This document shows positions 27,481-39,716 of a stretch of 64,000 nucleotides of DNA, one piece after another. This DNA is from the human T2T-CHM13v2.0 reference genome, Homo sapiens. Location: the NCBI RefSeq assembly GCF_009914755.1, contig NC_060937.1, one strand, 5' to 3'. Numbering within the stretch: the first letter of the stretch is position 1; each line of letters begins with the position of its first letter. The notes beneath the pieces are model-generated. The model was not told where the DNA came from and searched no databases. It saw nothing but the letters and a program-made list of their open reading frames with translations. Position numbers and translations under genes: made by a program.

Positions 27481-27707
27481 TTTTTTTTTTTTTTTTTTTG
27501 AGACAGAGCCTTACTCTGTCGCCAGGCTGGAGTGCAGCGGCGGGATCTCGGCTCACTCCGCCTCCCAGCTTCAAGCGATTCTCCTGCCTCAGCTTCCTGA
27601 GTAGCTGGGACTGTAGGCACATGCCACCACACCCGGCTAATTTTTGTATTTTTAATGCAGACAGGCTTTCACCATGTTGGCCAGGATGGTCTCGATTCTT
27701 GACCTCA
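27481..27707 (-). mobile_element. 5'-truncated AluSc-like element
   Basis: CTGTCGCCAGGCTGG diagnostic; ends at GACCTCA; TSD CCATCACTTCAAGT (27287-27300) and CCATCACTTTCAAGT (27708-27722) encloses both Alus. Confidence 0.9.
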
Positions 27708-28038
27708 CCATCACTTTCAAGTCCAGGCTTTCAAGTCCAGGCTTGCACTAAGCTAGGTTCCTCTGACCGTCGTCCTGCCAACTGACAGTTATCTGGTGAA
27801 GTCCCCAAGTGGGGGCTTTGCTGCATCAGAGCCCTGGTTCATTGTTTACGCCCAGCCCAACAGAGACAATCCCAGTTTACACTCTAAACTGGAACTTTGG
27901 TTTGCCTCCCTTAAGGAGAAATAGGCTCTGATTTTCCAAAGCAGATGTTCACCTTTAATCCAGGGGCAAATGCTGGATTAGGGAAGGTCAGGCAGTTTAG
28001 TCTTTCTGTGCTGAAAGACTGGACCCTCCCTAGTCCAG

Positions 28039-28164
28039 TCCGAAATTATTCATTAGTGAAACTTAACAAGCATAGATGTTTTGAGTGGAGAGATCTCACT
28101 GCTCAATACAGTGACTCCATCAGCATTAAATTAGATAGTCTTTGTAAGAGCACTATGATTATGT
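28039..28164. repeat. Right arm of the 126-bp long-range inverted repeat
   Basis: Reverse complement of 27026-27151; paired coordinates sum to 55190 throughout. Confidence 0.97.
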
Positions 28165-28395
28165 GCATCCATCACTGCGGACGATGACTCAGTGTGATGT
28201 TGATGCGATACTGTGGCAGCTTCCCTGGCACACAGAAGCCCTGCATTAGATTTCTGGTGTTGTAAGTTACCACGTAGAGGAGTACTTTTCAAGAAACCAT
28301 ATTGTCAAGCCCTATTCTTAGCTAGATTTATATTTCTGGGGCAAGGTTAGAACTGAATCAATTTCCAGAGATTGGAAGAATAATTTAAAAAAAAA

Positions 28396-28812
28396 ATTTT
28401 TATTTTAGGTTTAGGGGTACATGTGTAGGTTTGTTGTATAGGTAAACTCATGTTACGAGGATTTGTTATGCAGATTATTTCATTACCCAGGTACTAAGGC
28501 TAGTACCCAACAGTTATATTTCCTGATCCTTTCCCTCTTCCCAGCTTCCATCCTCTACTCTCCAATAGGCCTCATTGTGTACTCTTCTCCTGTATACGTC
28601 CATGTGTTCTCATCATATAGCTTCTACTTTTAAGTGAGAACATGCAGTATTTGATTTTATGTTCCTACGTTAGTTTGCTAAGGTTAATGGCCTCCATCTC
28701 CAACTGTGTTCCTGCAAAGAACATGATCTCATTCTTTTTTAATGGCTGCATAGTATTCCATGGTGTGTATGTACCACATTTTCTTTATCCAACCTACCAC
28801 AATGGGCATTTT
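28396..28812 (-). mobile_element. L1PA(13-16)/L1PREC-type 3' fragment
   Basis: GGGGTACATGTGTAGGTTTGTT...AAGTGAGAACATGCAGTATTTG...GGCTGCATAGTATTCCATGGTGTGTATGTACCACATTTTCTTTATCC. Confidence 0.9.
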
Positions 28813-29008
28813 TTAATATTGAGAAAACCTTGGGAAAATGTTCAACAACAAGTAAATTTCCTTTGGACATATTCAATGTTTAAGTAATATTTTTGCCATA
28901 AGAGTCTCATAAGGTTGTATAAAAGATTGTAAGAGACTTTGAAATTTAGCGGGTGTCTTGGTCTACTCTCCATCTGAGTTTCTCTGCTTGTATTTGCCTT
29001 TGGCTAAG

Positions 29009-31332
29009 TGTGTTAGTCTGCTCTCACACTGCTGTAAAGAACTGCCTGAGACTGAGTAATTTATAAAGGAAAGAGGTTTAATTGACTGACAGTTGTGCAG
29101 GGCGGGGGAGGCCTCAGGAAACTTACAGTCATGGCAGAAGAGGAAGCAAACACATCCTTCTTCACTTGGCAGGAAGGAAAAGAATGAAAGATGAATGAAG
29201 GGGGAAGTCCCTTATAAAGCCATCAAATCTTCTGAGAGCTTACTATCATGAGTATAGCATGAGGGAAACTGCCTCCATGATTCATTTATCTCCCACCAGT
29301 TGCCTCCTACCACATGTGGGGATTATGGGAACTATAATTCAAGATGAGATTTGAGTGGGCACACAGCCAAACCATATCATACCGTCCCTGGCCCCTCCCA
29401 AATCTCATGCCCTCACATTTCAAAACACAATCATGCCTTTCCAACGGTCCCCCAAAGTCTTAGCTTATTCTAGCATTAACCCAAAGTCCAAGTCCAAAAT
29501 CTCAGCTGAGACAAGACAGGTCCCTTCTGCCTATGAGCCTGTAAAATCAAAAGCAAGTTAGTTACTTCCTAGATACAATGGTGGTACAGGCATTGGGTAA
29601 ATACACCCTTTCCAGATGGGAGAAATTGGCCAAAACAAAGGGGCTACAGGTCTGATGCAAATCCAAAATCCAATAGGGCAGTCATTAAACCTTAAAGTTC
29701 CAAAATGATCTCCTTTGACTCCATGACTCACATCCAGGTCACGCTGATGCAAGAGGGGGGCTCCCGTGACCTTGGAAAGCTCTGCCCCTGTGGCTTTGCA
29801 GGGTACAGCCTCCCTCCTGGCTGCTTTCATTGGCTAGTGTTGAGTGTCTTTGGCTTTTCCAGGTGCATGGTGCAAGCTCTTGGAGGATCTTCCATACTGG
29901 AGTCTGGAGGACAGTGGCCCTCTTCTCACAACTCCTCTAGGCAGTGCCCCAGTGGGGACTCTGTTAGGGGACTCCAATCCTACATTTCTTTTCCCCACTG
30001 CCCTAGCAGAGGTTCTCTATGAGGGCTCTGCCCCTGCAGCAGACTTCTGCCTGGACATCCAGGCATTTCTGTGTATCCTCTGAAATCTAGGCAGAGGTTC
30101 CCAAATCTCAATTCTTGACTTCTGCACACATGCAGATAAAACACCATGTGGAAGTTGCCAAGGCTTGGGGTTTGCGCCCTCTGAAGCAATAACCTGAGCT
30201 ACAGCTGGGGCCGAAGCAGCTGGGATTCAGGGCACCATGTCCCAAGGCTGCACATATTCCCAAAGCTGCACAGAGCAGGGGGGCTCTGGGTCTGACTCAG
30301 GAAACCATTTTTCCCTCCTAGGCCTCCAGGCCTGTGACGGGAGGGGCTGCTGTGAAGGTCTCTGACATACCCTGGAGACATTTTCCCCATTGTCTTGGTG
30401 ATTAACATTTGGCTCATCATTACTTCTGCAAATTTATGCAGCCAGCTTGAATTTCTCCCCAGAAAATGGGTTTTTCTTCTCTACTGCATCAGCTGCAAAT
30501 TTTCTAAACTTGTTTGCTCTGTCACCTCTTGAATGTTTTGCTGCTTAGAAATTTATTCCACCAGATATTCGAAATCACCTCTTTCAAGTTCAAAGTTCCA
30601 CAGATCTCTAGGACAGGGGCAAAAAGCCACCAGTCTCTTTGTTAAAGCATAGCAAGCGTGGCCTTTACTCCAGTTCCCAACAAGTTTCTCATCTCCACCT
30701 GAGACCACTTCAGCCTGGACTTCATTGTCCATATTACTATCAGCATTTTGGTCAAAGCCTTTCAACGAGTCTCTAGAAAGTTTCTAGCTTTCTGACATCT
30801 TCCTGTCTTCTGAACTCTCCAAGTCTCAAGGAAGCTTCCAACTTTTCCACATTTTCTTGTCTTCTTCTGAGCCCTCCAAACTGTTCCAACCTCTGCCTGT
30901 TACCCAGTTCCAAAGTTGCTTCCACATTTTCAGGTATCCTTATAGCAGCACCCCACTCTCTGCAGTATCAACTTACTATATTAGTCCATTTTCATGCTGC
31001 TATGAAGAACTGCCCAAGGCTGGGTAATTTATAAAGGAAGGAGGTTTAATTGACTCACAGTTCCACAAGGTTGGTAAGGCCTCAGGAAACTCACAATCAT
31101 GGCAGTAGGAAAAGCAAACATGTTCTTCACATGATGGCAGGAAGGAAAAAAGTGAGAGATGAGCAAAGGGTCGCCCCTTATAAAATCACTAGATCTTGTG
31201 AAAACTTACTATCATGAGAATAGCACCCTCGCGATTCAATTACCTCCCACCAGTTCCCTCCCACCACATGGGGGGATTATGGGAACTACAATTCAAGTGA
31301 GATTTGGGTGGGGACACAGCCAAACCATACTA
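29009..31332 (-). mobile_element. Full-length THE1 (C/D-like) MaLR retroelement: LTR 29009-29379, internal region, LTR 30977-31332
   Basis: Two homologous LTRs, ~1.6-kb MaLR internal region, perfect TSD CTAAG (29004-29008 and 31333-31337); internal ORF broken. Confidence 0.93.
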
Positions 31333-31482
31333 CTAAGAGTCTTACAAACCTTTGGAGATGAAAGTTAACTTATAGAAACCTGATAAAGATGGAGAAAAAA
31401 TTCCTTTCAAGAGAAATACAAATTGTGTTTGGTGTAATTAATTAATTAATTATTGTCCCTGTGACTATTGGCAGTTTTGCAA

Positions 31483-31792
31483 TTTTTTTTCCTTTTTTTT
31501 CAGAGATAGGGTCTCACTCTGTCACCTAGGATGGGACTCAGTGGTGATCATAGCTCACTGAAGCTTCAAACTCTTGGGCTTAAGTGATCCTCCTGCCTTA
31601 GCCTCTTGAGTAGCTGGGACTACAGGCACCTAACAACATGCCTGGCTAATTTTATTTTCATTTTCATTGTAAAGATTGGGTCTTGTGATGTTGCCCGGGC
31701 TGGTCTTGAACTCCTGGCCTCAAGCAATCCCCCCCACCTTGGTCTCTCAAAGGGCTGGGATTACAGGTATGAGAGTCACTCACACCCAGCTA
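31483..31792 (-). mobile_element. AluJ-like SINE
   Basis: Diverged antisense dimer with GATCATAGCTCACTG; TSD-like GTTTTGCAATTTTT and GTCTTGCACTTTTT. Confidence 0.9.
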
Positions 31793-31814
31793 AGTCTTGC
31801 ACTTTTTATAAATT

Positions 31815-32322
31815 CATTTCAGCATTACTTATTTGACTAAATATATATCTGGTTTCTTATATTTCAGTGACATGAGTTCTTTATTCTGGATAAAAGTTCT
31901 TTGCCGTATGTATGATTTTCAGGATATCCTAGTCTGTGGCTTGTCATTTCACTTTCTTAGTGATGTCATTTTAAGTGCAAATAATTTTAATTTTGATGAA
32001 GTCTATTTTACTATTTTTTGTGTCATATCTAAGAACTCTTTGCCTAACTGAAAGTCATAAAGACTTTATTCTTTTTTTTAAGTTTTCTAATTGTAGCCTT
32101 TAAATGTAGGTCTATGATCCATTTAGAGTGAATTATTGTGTATGGTGTGAGGTAGTGATCTAAATTTACCATGTTGCATATGGATATTTAATTGTCCCAG
32201 CACTATTTGTTGAAAAGACTATCCATTTTCCATTGAATTGGTTTGGCACCTTTGTCAAAAATCAATTGACCATAAATATAAGGATCTATTTCTGGACTCT
32301 CGCTTCTGTTCCACTGATCCAT
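31815..32322 (-). mobile_element. L1M ORF2-region fragment
   Basis: TAGGTCTATGATCCATTT...TATGGTGTGAGGTAG...CCCAGCACTATTTGTTGAAAAGACT...GGCACCTTTGTCAAAAATCAATTGACC. Confidence 0.85.
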
Positions 32323-33728
32323 CAGCATATACTGATAGGCTAATATCAGATAACTTTAGATATTTGGTATGTTAGTCTTTAGCCAAGATAGGCATTACCA
32401 ATTAGTAACTGTTTCTAAGATTTGTGACACTGTCCATCTGGAATATGCACTAAAGAGATTTGTATTTTTGTTTTTCTTCTTAACAGCAAAAAGAAATCTC
32501 TGTAAGCTTTCCTTCCTCATATATTCACTCTCTCTGACATTTTCTTAATTTCACATTCAACACATGCATACGTGCATTTTAAAAGAAAAGAGATATAGAC
32601 ATTTACCATTGGAAAACATTTTGATTCAGGTTCTACAAGGGATTGATTCAGCAGTTGGGGTGCCCTAACCAGTTTAAACATCTGATATTCTGGGAGGTCT
32701 TAGGTAATTGAAGATTGAGATTAAAATCTCTGGTATAGTTAGATTTTCTTTTTAAATTGTTCATACTTTTTTTTTTCATTGTACTTACATTTTCCCTCAA
32801 GTTTTGAATGCTTCCCTTCCCTTCCCTTAAGGCAAATTCCCAGAATTTGAAATGCCAAATTCAAGAAGGATAAACATTTCATTATGTCAAAGTGATAAAA
32901 ATAAACATTTATTTTTCTAACTCAAGTGAGCCAAAATACACATTATGTTTTAAAAAGTAAAGGAATAGCTATGGGATATTGAAAAGTGTAAGGCAATTGA
33001 TGTTGTACATATTAATTGCATGATATACAAAATCTAATATATGGTCATGATGTAATGAAATTGATGTAATATATATTTTAGTGTCTTAATATTTACTTTT
33101 ACATTGCTTTCTAAACCAAATCACATTCTTTTAAGTGGAATGGGTTTTAGTTGATAAAATTCAGTAAGGCTTGAAGTTATTTCATCAACTTTTTGTAATT
33201 ATCTTTCTCATTAATTCATTCAACTACATTTCATTAGGTAGAGACTGTGTTTTGGGTACATTTCAAGAGGCTGGGCCACAGCTATGAATACATCCAAGGC
33301 TCTGCATTCATGGAACTAACATCCTAGCAGGGAAGACAGACCACAGTAACAATTATATGTAAAATAGTGATAATGGCTAAGAGAATATCTAAAGCTAGGT
33401 AAGTCAGAGAGCGTGATGAAACAGAGGTTGTAGGTGGATACTTAAAAGAGAGTTACCAGCTAAGTCCTTCTGAAGGAGGATTTGAGAGGAGACTGAGATG
33501 AATTGAGGGTGAGCTGGGTGAATATTTGGGAGAAGAATATTGCAGTTAACATAAGCAAGTAGTTGGATATGAGGGACGGAGATTTCTAGGCAGCTGTGGA
33601 TCACGTATGTCTTTGTAGTAGGTCATGGTCAAAAGTGTGAATTTTATTCTGAGAGGATAGAAAGCCACAGAGGATTTGGTGGGCTAAAGAGTGACATAAT
33701 CTTATTTGTGCTTTTAAAAGTTTCCTGG

Positions 33729-34093
<365 letters not shown>

Positions 34094-34195
34094 CTACTTG
34101 TTAATATTTCACAGTCTGGGTGAGAGGAGTTTGTATCTTGGACTAGGACAGTAGGGGCAGAAATGATAAGGAAAAGTTGAATTTTGGTTAGGTAT

Positions 34196-34552
34196 TGTCT
34201 TCGTCTTCTCAGGCTGCTATAAAAAAATATTGTAGACTTAGTGGCTTATAAATGACAGAAATTTATTTCTTACAGTTCTGGAGGCTGGGAAGTCTAACAC
34301 CAAGGCACCAGCAGATTCTGTATCTGGTGAAGGTCCACTTCCTTATAGGCAGCTGTCTTCTTACTCTAACCTCACATGGCAGAGGGAGTCAGGAGTCCCT
34401 CTCTAGCTTCTTTTATAAGACACTGATCCTACTCATGAGGGTCCCTCTCCAATAACCTAACCACCTTCCAAAGCCCCACCTTATAGTTTCACCATCTTGG
34501 AAGTTAGGATTTCAACATATGAATTTTGTGGAGAACAAATATTCAGATCACA
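34196..34552 (-). mobile_element. MLT1A/MSTD-like solo LTR
   Basis: CAGAAATTTATTTCTTACAGTTCTGGAGGCTGGGAAGTC...TTAGGATTTCAACATATGAATTTTG. Confidence 0.85.
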
Positions 34553-35179
34553 GGAAATTTTTAAGGCAGAGCCAACAGGATTTGCTGGGGTATTGGATAT
34601 GGGGTGTGAGGATAGTATAGTAGCCTTTTGGCCTAAGCAACTACGGGCATGTTGACACAGTGTACTGAGATGTGAAAGATGGAGGAGCATATTTGGAGGC
34701 AAAGGTGAAGAGGTAAGGAGCTTTGTTGTGAATACGTACAGTTGGAGATACTTTTCTCATCCTGCTGATAAGAAAATCCAGTATAATAATGATCTCAGGA
34801 GAAGCCAGTGTTTTGTCTCTAGAGCTTTTGTAGAATTACTCAATGGTGTAATTCTATTCTCAAAAAATTGTTTATCCTGGATAAACCCAAAATGTAGTTT
34901 ATCCTATTTTAAAAATTAGTACACATTTTATCCTCTAAAATTACAGGCTTATTTGTTTATTGGACATGGCTTTTATTGACTTTTCCTCAGAGTTTGATTT
35001 TGTAGATTTTGGACTAAACTGCATGAACTGCATAAATATAAACCCATAGTCATATTCAAACAGGCTAAGGAATCCTGTCTGATAGAAATGCAATTTTTTT
35101 TGCATTAAAAAAGAATGCTTTCCGGTGCCTTTTAAATTAGCTTCTTAAAGAGCATTTACTAATTTTCCCCCCAGATTAA

Positions 35180-35400
35180 AAAAATTATAGTAATATATAC
35201 ATGATATAATATTTATCATTTTAATCATTCGTAATTTTACAATTCAGTGGCATTAAATACATTCATAGTGTTGCCTAACCAACAGCACTGGCTATATCCA
35301 AAACTTTTTCATCATCCCCATTCAAAACTCTGTACACATTAAATAACACTTCTCCTTTTCCCCATTCCCTGGCCCCTGGTAACCTTTATTCTACTTTCTT
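35180..35400 (-). mobile_element. L1MB-like 3' end
   Basis: ACAATTCAGTGGCATTAAATACATTCA...CAAAACTTTTTCATCATCCC...CCCCTGGTAACC. Confidence 0.8.
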
Positions 35401-36245
35401 TTTATTTTATTATTTTTTGTTTAAAAAATTTCACTTATAATCATGCATAATTACATATGTTTATGGGGGTAGAGTGTGAGGTATTAATATATGCACACAT
35501 TGTATAATAATCAAATCAGGGTAGTTAGTATGTCAGTCATCTCAAACCTTTATCATTTCTTTGTGGTAATAACTTTTGAGATCCTCTTTCCTAGCTGTCT
35601 TGAAATACACAATACATTGTTGTTAGCTACAGTCATCCCACTATGTAATAGAACACTAGAAGTTATTCTTCCTTATTTTTAACTTATTCTTTAGCCATTG
35701 AACAATCCCCCTCATTATTTCCTCCCCGCTTTCCTCCCCAGCCTCTTGTAATCACTGTTCTGCTCTCTATGTCTGTGAAATCAACTTTTTAAGATTCCAC
35801 ATGAATTAGATCATGTGGTATTTATCTTTCTGTGTCTGGTTTATATTACTTAATACAGTGTCGTCCAGGTTCATCCATATTGCCACAAATGACAGGATTT
35901 CTTTCTTTTTTATAGCCAAATACTATTCCATTGTTTATATGGAATACTTTTTCCATATCCGTTCGTCAGTTGATGAATACTTTGGTTGATTCCATCTTTT
36001 GGCTATTGTGAGTGGTGCTTCACTAGGACTGCAGATATCTTTTCAATATATCAATTCCTTTGGATTTCAATTTCTTTGGATATATATCCATTAGTGGAAT
36101 TACAGGATTAAATGGTAGGTAGCTCTATTTTTACCGTTTTAAGGCATCTCCATACTGTTTTTTATAATGGCTGTACTAATTTACATTCTCACCAGCAGTG
36201 TGTAAGAGTTCCCCAGAATTTGTTGTTTTTTTTTTTTTTGATAAT
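35401..36245 (-). mobile_element. L1MA(4-6)-like 3' fragment
   Basis: ATAATCAAATCAGGGTA...CCAGGTTCATCCATATTGCCACAAATGACAGGATTTC...AATGGCTGTACTAATTTACATTCTCACCAGCAGTG. Confidence 0.85.
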
Positions 36246-36507
36246 ATGATAATATAACACTTTTGAGTAAGCTGGATAATGTCCCTTCCCCTTTAGAAAA
36301 CAGAAAGCCTTGCATGGTGTTAAGCTTGTATTATCTTGAGCTGAGAGTGCCCCAAAAAGACAGATAATGACCATAATTATTGCTAGGAGGGCTACATATC
36401 AATATTCTAAAACCAGAGTTACTATTCTGGGTACACATTCTCCAATATTTAATTAGTTCTCAAAAAATAACAAGTATTTCATCTACTAAAATATTCACTT
36501 TATAGCT

Positions 36508-38966
36508 TGTATAAATCTGTTTTTGCATTGCTATAAAGAACAACCTGAGACTGGGTAATTTATAAAGAAAAGAGGTTTAATTGGCTCATGGTTCTGTGGG
36601 GTGTACAGTCTTCTGCCTCTGGAGAGGCTTCAGGAAACTTATAATCATGGCAGAAGGTGAAGGGGAAGCAGGCTCATATTCATATGCCCAGCAGGAGAAA
36701 GAGAGAGAGCAAAGGGGGAAGTGCTACACACTTTCAAACAGGCAGATCTCATGAGAACTCACTCACTATCATGAGAACAGCAAGGGGGAAATCCGCTCCC
36801 ATTATCCAATCACTTCCCACCAGATCCCTCCCCCAACATTGGGTATTACAATTTGATATGAAATTTTGGTGGAGACACACAGCAAAACCACATCATTCTA
36901 CCTCAGCCCCTCCAAAATCTCATGTCCTTCTCACATTTCAAAACACAATCATGCCTCCCAACAGTCCCCTAAAGTCTTAACTCTCACAGCATTAACTCAA
37001 AAGTCCAAGTTGACTCTCATCTGAAACAAGGCATGTCCCTTCTGCCTATGAACCTGTAAAATTAAAAACAAGTTAGTTACTTCCAAGATACAATAAGGGT
37101 ACAGGCATTAGGTAAATGCTCCCATTCCAAAAGGGAGAAATTGGCCCAAACAAGGGACTACAGGCCCCATGCCAAGTCTAAAACCCAGCAGGGCAGTCAT
37201 TAAATCTTAAAGGTTCAAAATAGTCTCCTATGATTCCATGTCTCACACATCCAGGCCACATTAATGTAAGTGGTGGGCTCCCTAGGCCTTGGGCAGATCT
37301 GCCCTCTGGCTCTGCAGGGCTCAGCTCCCATGGCTTCTCTCAAGGGCTGGTGTTGAGTGCCTGCAGCTTTTCAGGTTCATGGTGCAAGATATTGGTGGAT
37401 CTACTATTCTGGGGTCTGGAGGATGGTGACCTTCTCACAGCTCCACTAAGCAGTTCCCCAGTGGGGACTCTGTGTAGGGGCTCCAACCCCACATTTCCCC
37501 TCTGTACTGCCCTAATAGAGGTTATCCATGAGGGCTCCACCCCTGTAGCTGACTTTGCCTGGACATACAGGCATTTCCATACATCCTTTGAAATCTAGGT
37601 GGACACTCCCAAGCCTCAACTCTTGCCATCTATGCACCTGCAGACTTAACACCACGTTGAACCCTTGGCAGCTTCTGACTTGGACCCTCTGGAGCAGTGG
37701 TCGGAGACTTACCTGGGGCCCTTTTAGCCACGGCTGGAGCTGGGGTGGCTGGGACACAGGGCACCATGTCCCAAGGTTGCACAGAGCAGCTGGGCCCTGG
37801 GCCTGGCCCACAGAATCATTTTAGTCTCCCAGGCCTCCAGGCCTGTAATGGGAGGGGCTGCCACAGTGGTCTCTGAAGTGCCTTGGGGGCATTTTTTCCC
37901 CCATTTTCTTGGCTGTTAGCATTTAGCTCCTCTTTACTTGTGCAAATTTTTGCAGCAGGCTTGAATTCTTCCCCAGAAAATGGGTTTTTCTTTTCCGCTA
38001 CATGGTCAGGCTACAAATTGTTTGAACTTTAATGCTCTGTTTCTCTTTTAAATATGAGTTCCAATTTCAGACCATCTCTTTGTGAACACATACAAGTGTA
38101 CACTGTTAGAAGCAGCCAGACTAGCTCTTGAATGCTTTGCTGCTTAGAAATTTCTTCTACCAGATATCTTAAATCTTCTCTCACATTCAAAGTTCTATAG
38201 GTCTCTAGAGCAGAAATTTCTTCTACGAGATATCTTAAATCTTCTCTCACATTAAAAGTTTCATAGATCTCTAGAGCAGGGGCACAATGCCACCAGTCTC
38301 TTTCCTAAGGCACAGACTGACCTTTCCTCCAGTTCCCAGTGAATTTCTTATCTCCATCTGAGACCTCATTAGGTTGGACTTCACTGTCCCTATCACTATC
38401 AGCATTTCAATTACAACCATTCAGCAAGTCTCTAGAAAGTTCCAAATCTCCTCTCACCTTCCTATCTTCTTCTGATGCCTCCACATTATTCCAACCTCTG
38501 CCTGTTACCCAGTTACAAAGCTGCTTCCACATTTTAAGGTGTTTTTATAGTAATGTCCCACTTCTCTGGCACCAATTTTCTATATTAGTCCATTCTTACA
38601 TTGCTGTAAAGAACCTGAGACTCAGTAATTTATAAAGAAAAGAGGTTTAATTGACTCATGTTTCTGTGGGTTTTACAGGCTTCTGCTTCTGGAGAGGCCT
38701 CAGGAAAATTGCAATCATGGTGGAAGGTGAAGGGGAAGCAGGCACATTTTTACACACCTGGCAGGAGAAAGAGAGAGAGCAAAGGGGAAAGTGCTACACA
38801 CTTTCTAACAAGCAGACCTCATGAGAACTCACTCACTATCATGAGAACAGCAAGGGGGGAAATCTGCCTCCATTATTCAATCACCTCCCACCAGGTCCCT
38901 TCTTCAACATTGGGGATTACAGTTCAACATGAGATTTGGGTGGGGACAGAGTGCCAAACCATATCA
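36508..38966 (-). mobile_element. Full-length MSTA-like MaLR retroelement: LTR 36508-36895, internal region, LTR 38581-38966
   Basis: Two homologous LTRs, internal region similar to that of the THE1 element, perfect TSD TAGCT (36503-36507 and 38967-38971). Confidence 0.93.
38146..38277. repeat. 66-bp tandem duplication inside the MST internal region
   Basis: AGAAATTTCTTCTAC...CTCTAGAGC at 38146-38211 and again at 38212-38277. Confidence 0.95.
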
Positions 38967-39363
38967 TAGCTTATTTAGGAAGGTGCATAGTATTACTTCT
39001 AATGAAGGTGTTCTATGTGTGCATTGTTGACATTTTCTGTGACTAAGATAAGTTATATTTACATCCACTTTAAAAGTTTACTAGGCTTTTGTGAACATAA
39101 GTAGAGGAGTAGAACTCTGGGTTCTTGGATGTTCATTTGTTTTTATGATTCACACTACTTTAAGGAGACTCTTGGTCTTGCCTACAGTTATGCCTGGCCT
39201 TATCTTCTTAGTGAGAAGCCATGCTTTCTTGTCAAGCATGAATACTCAATAATCTCCACAGTTTCCAGAAGAGCTATCAGTTTTACCCCCAGCATGATTG
39301 TTAAGGCACATACGTTTATGTCTAATGAACAACACAGACTATTTTAATACAGTTGTCATGTAA

Positions 39364-39716
<353 letters not shown>

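Larger units (their letters stand above)
27009..28215 (+). ncRNA. Putative large structured intronic RNA element (multi-branched long-range hairpin)
   Basis: Long inverted repeat plus five correctly nested inner helices and several side hairpins; inner non-canonical pairs are G-U on the plus strand. Transcription and folding are inferred, not shown. Confidence 0.45.

Noticed and set aside
26800-28370. Further outward extension of the long-range stem (for example AGTATGGTT 26995-27003 with AACCATATT 28295-28303; ATTCAGT with ACTGAAT)
   Set aside because: Only 7-9 bp matches, some mutually incompatible in nesting; not distinguishable from chance by eye
29355-30765. ORFs in the THE1 internal region as a functional gag-like gene
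   Set aside because: Fragmented by stops and frameshifts; a typical decayed MaLR internal sequence. The same applies to the MST internal region
32970-33030. Possible CR1/L3 reverse-transcriptase remnant (reads KAIDVVHI)
   Set aside because: Similarity too short and weak to support without an HMM search
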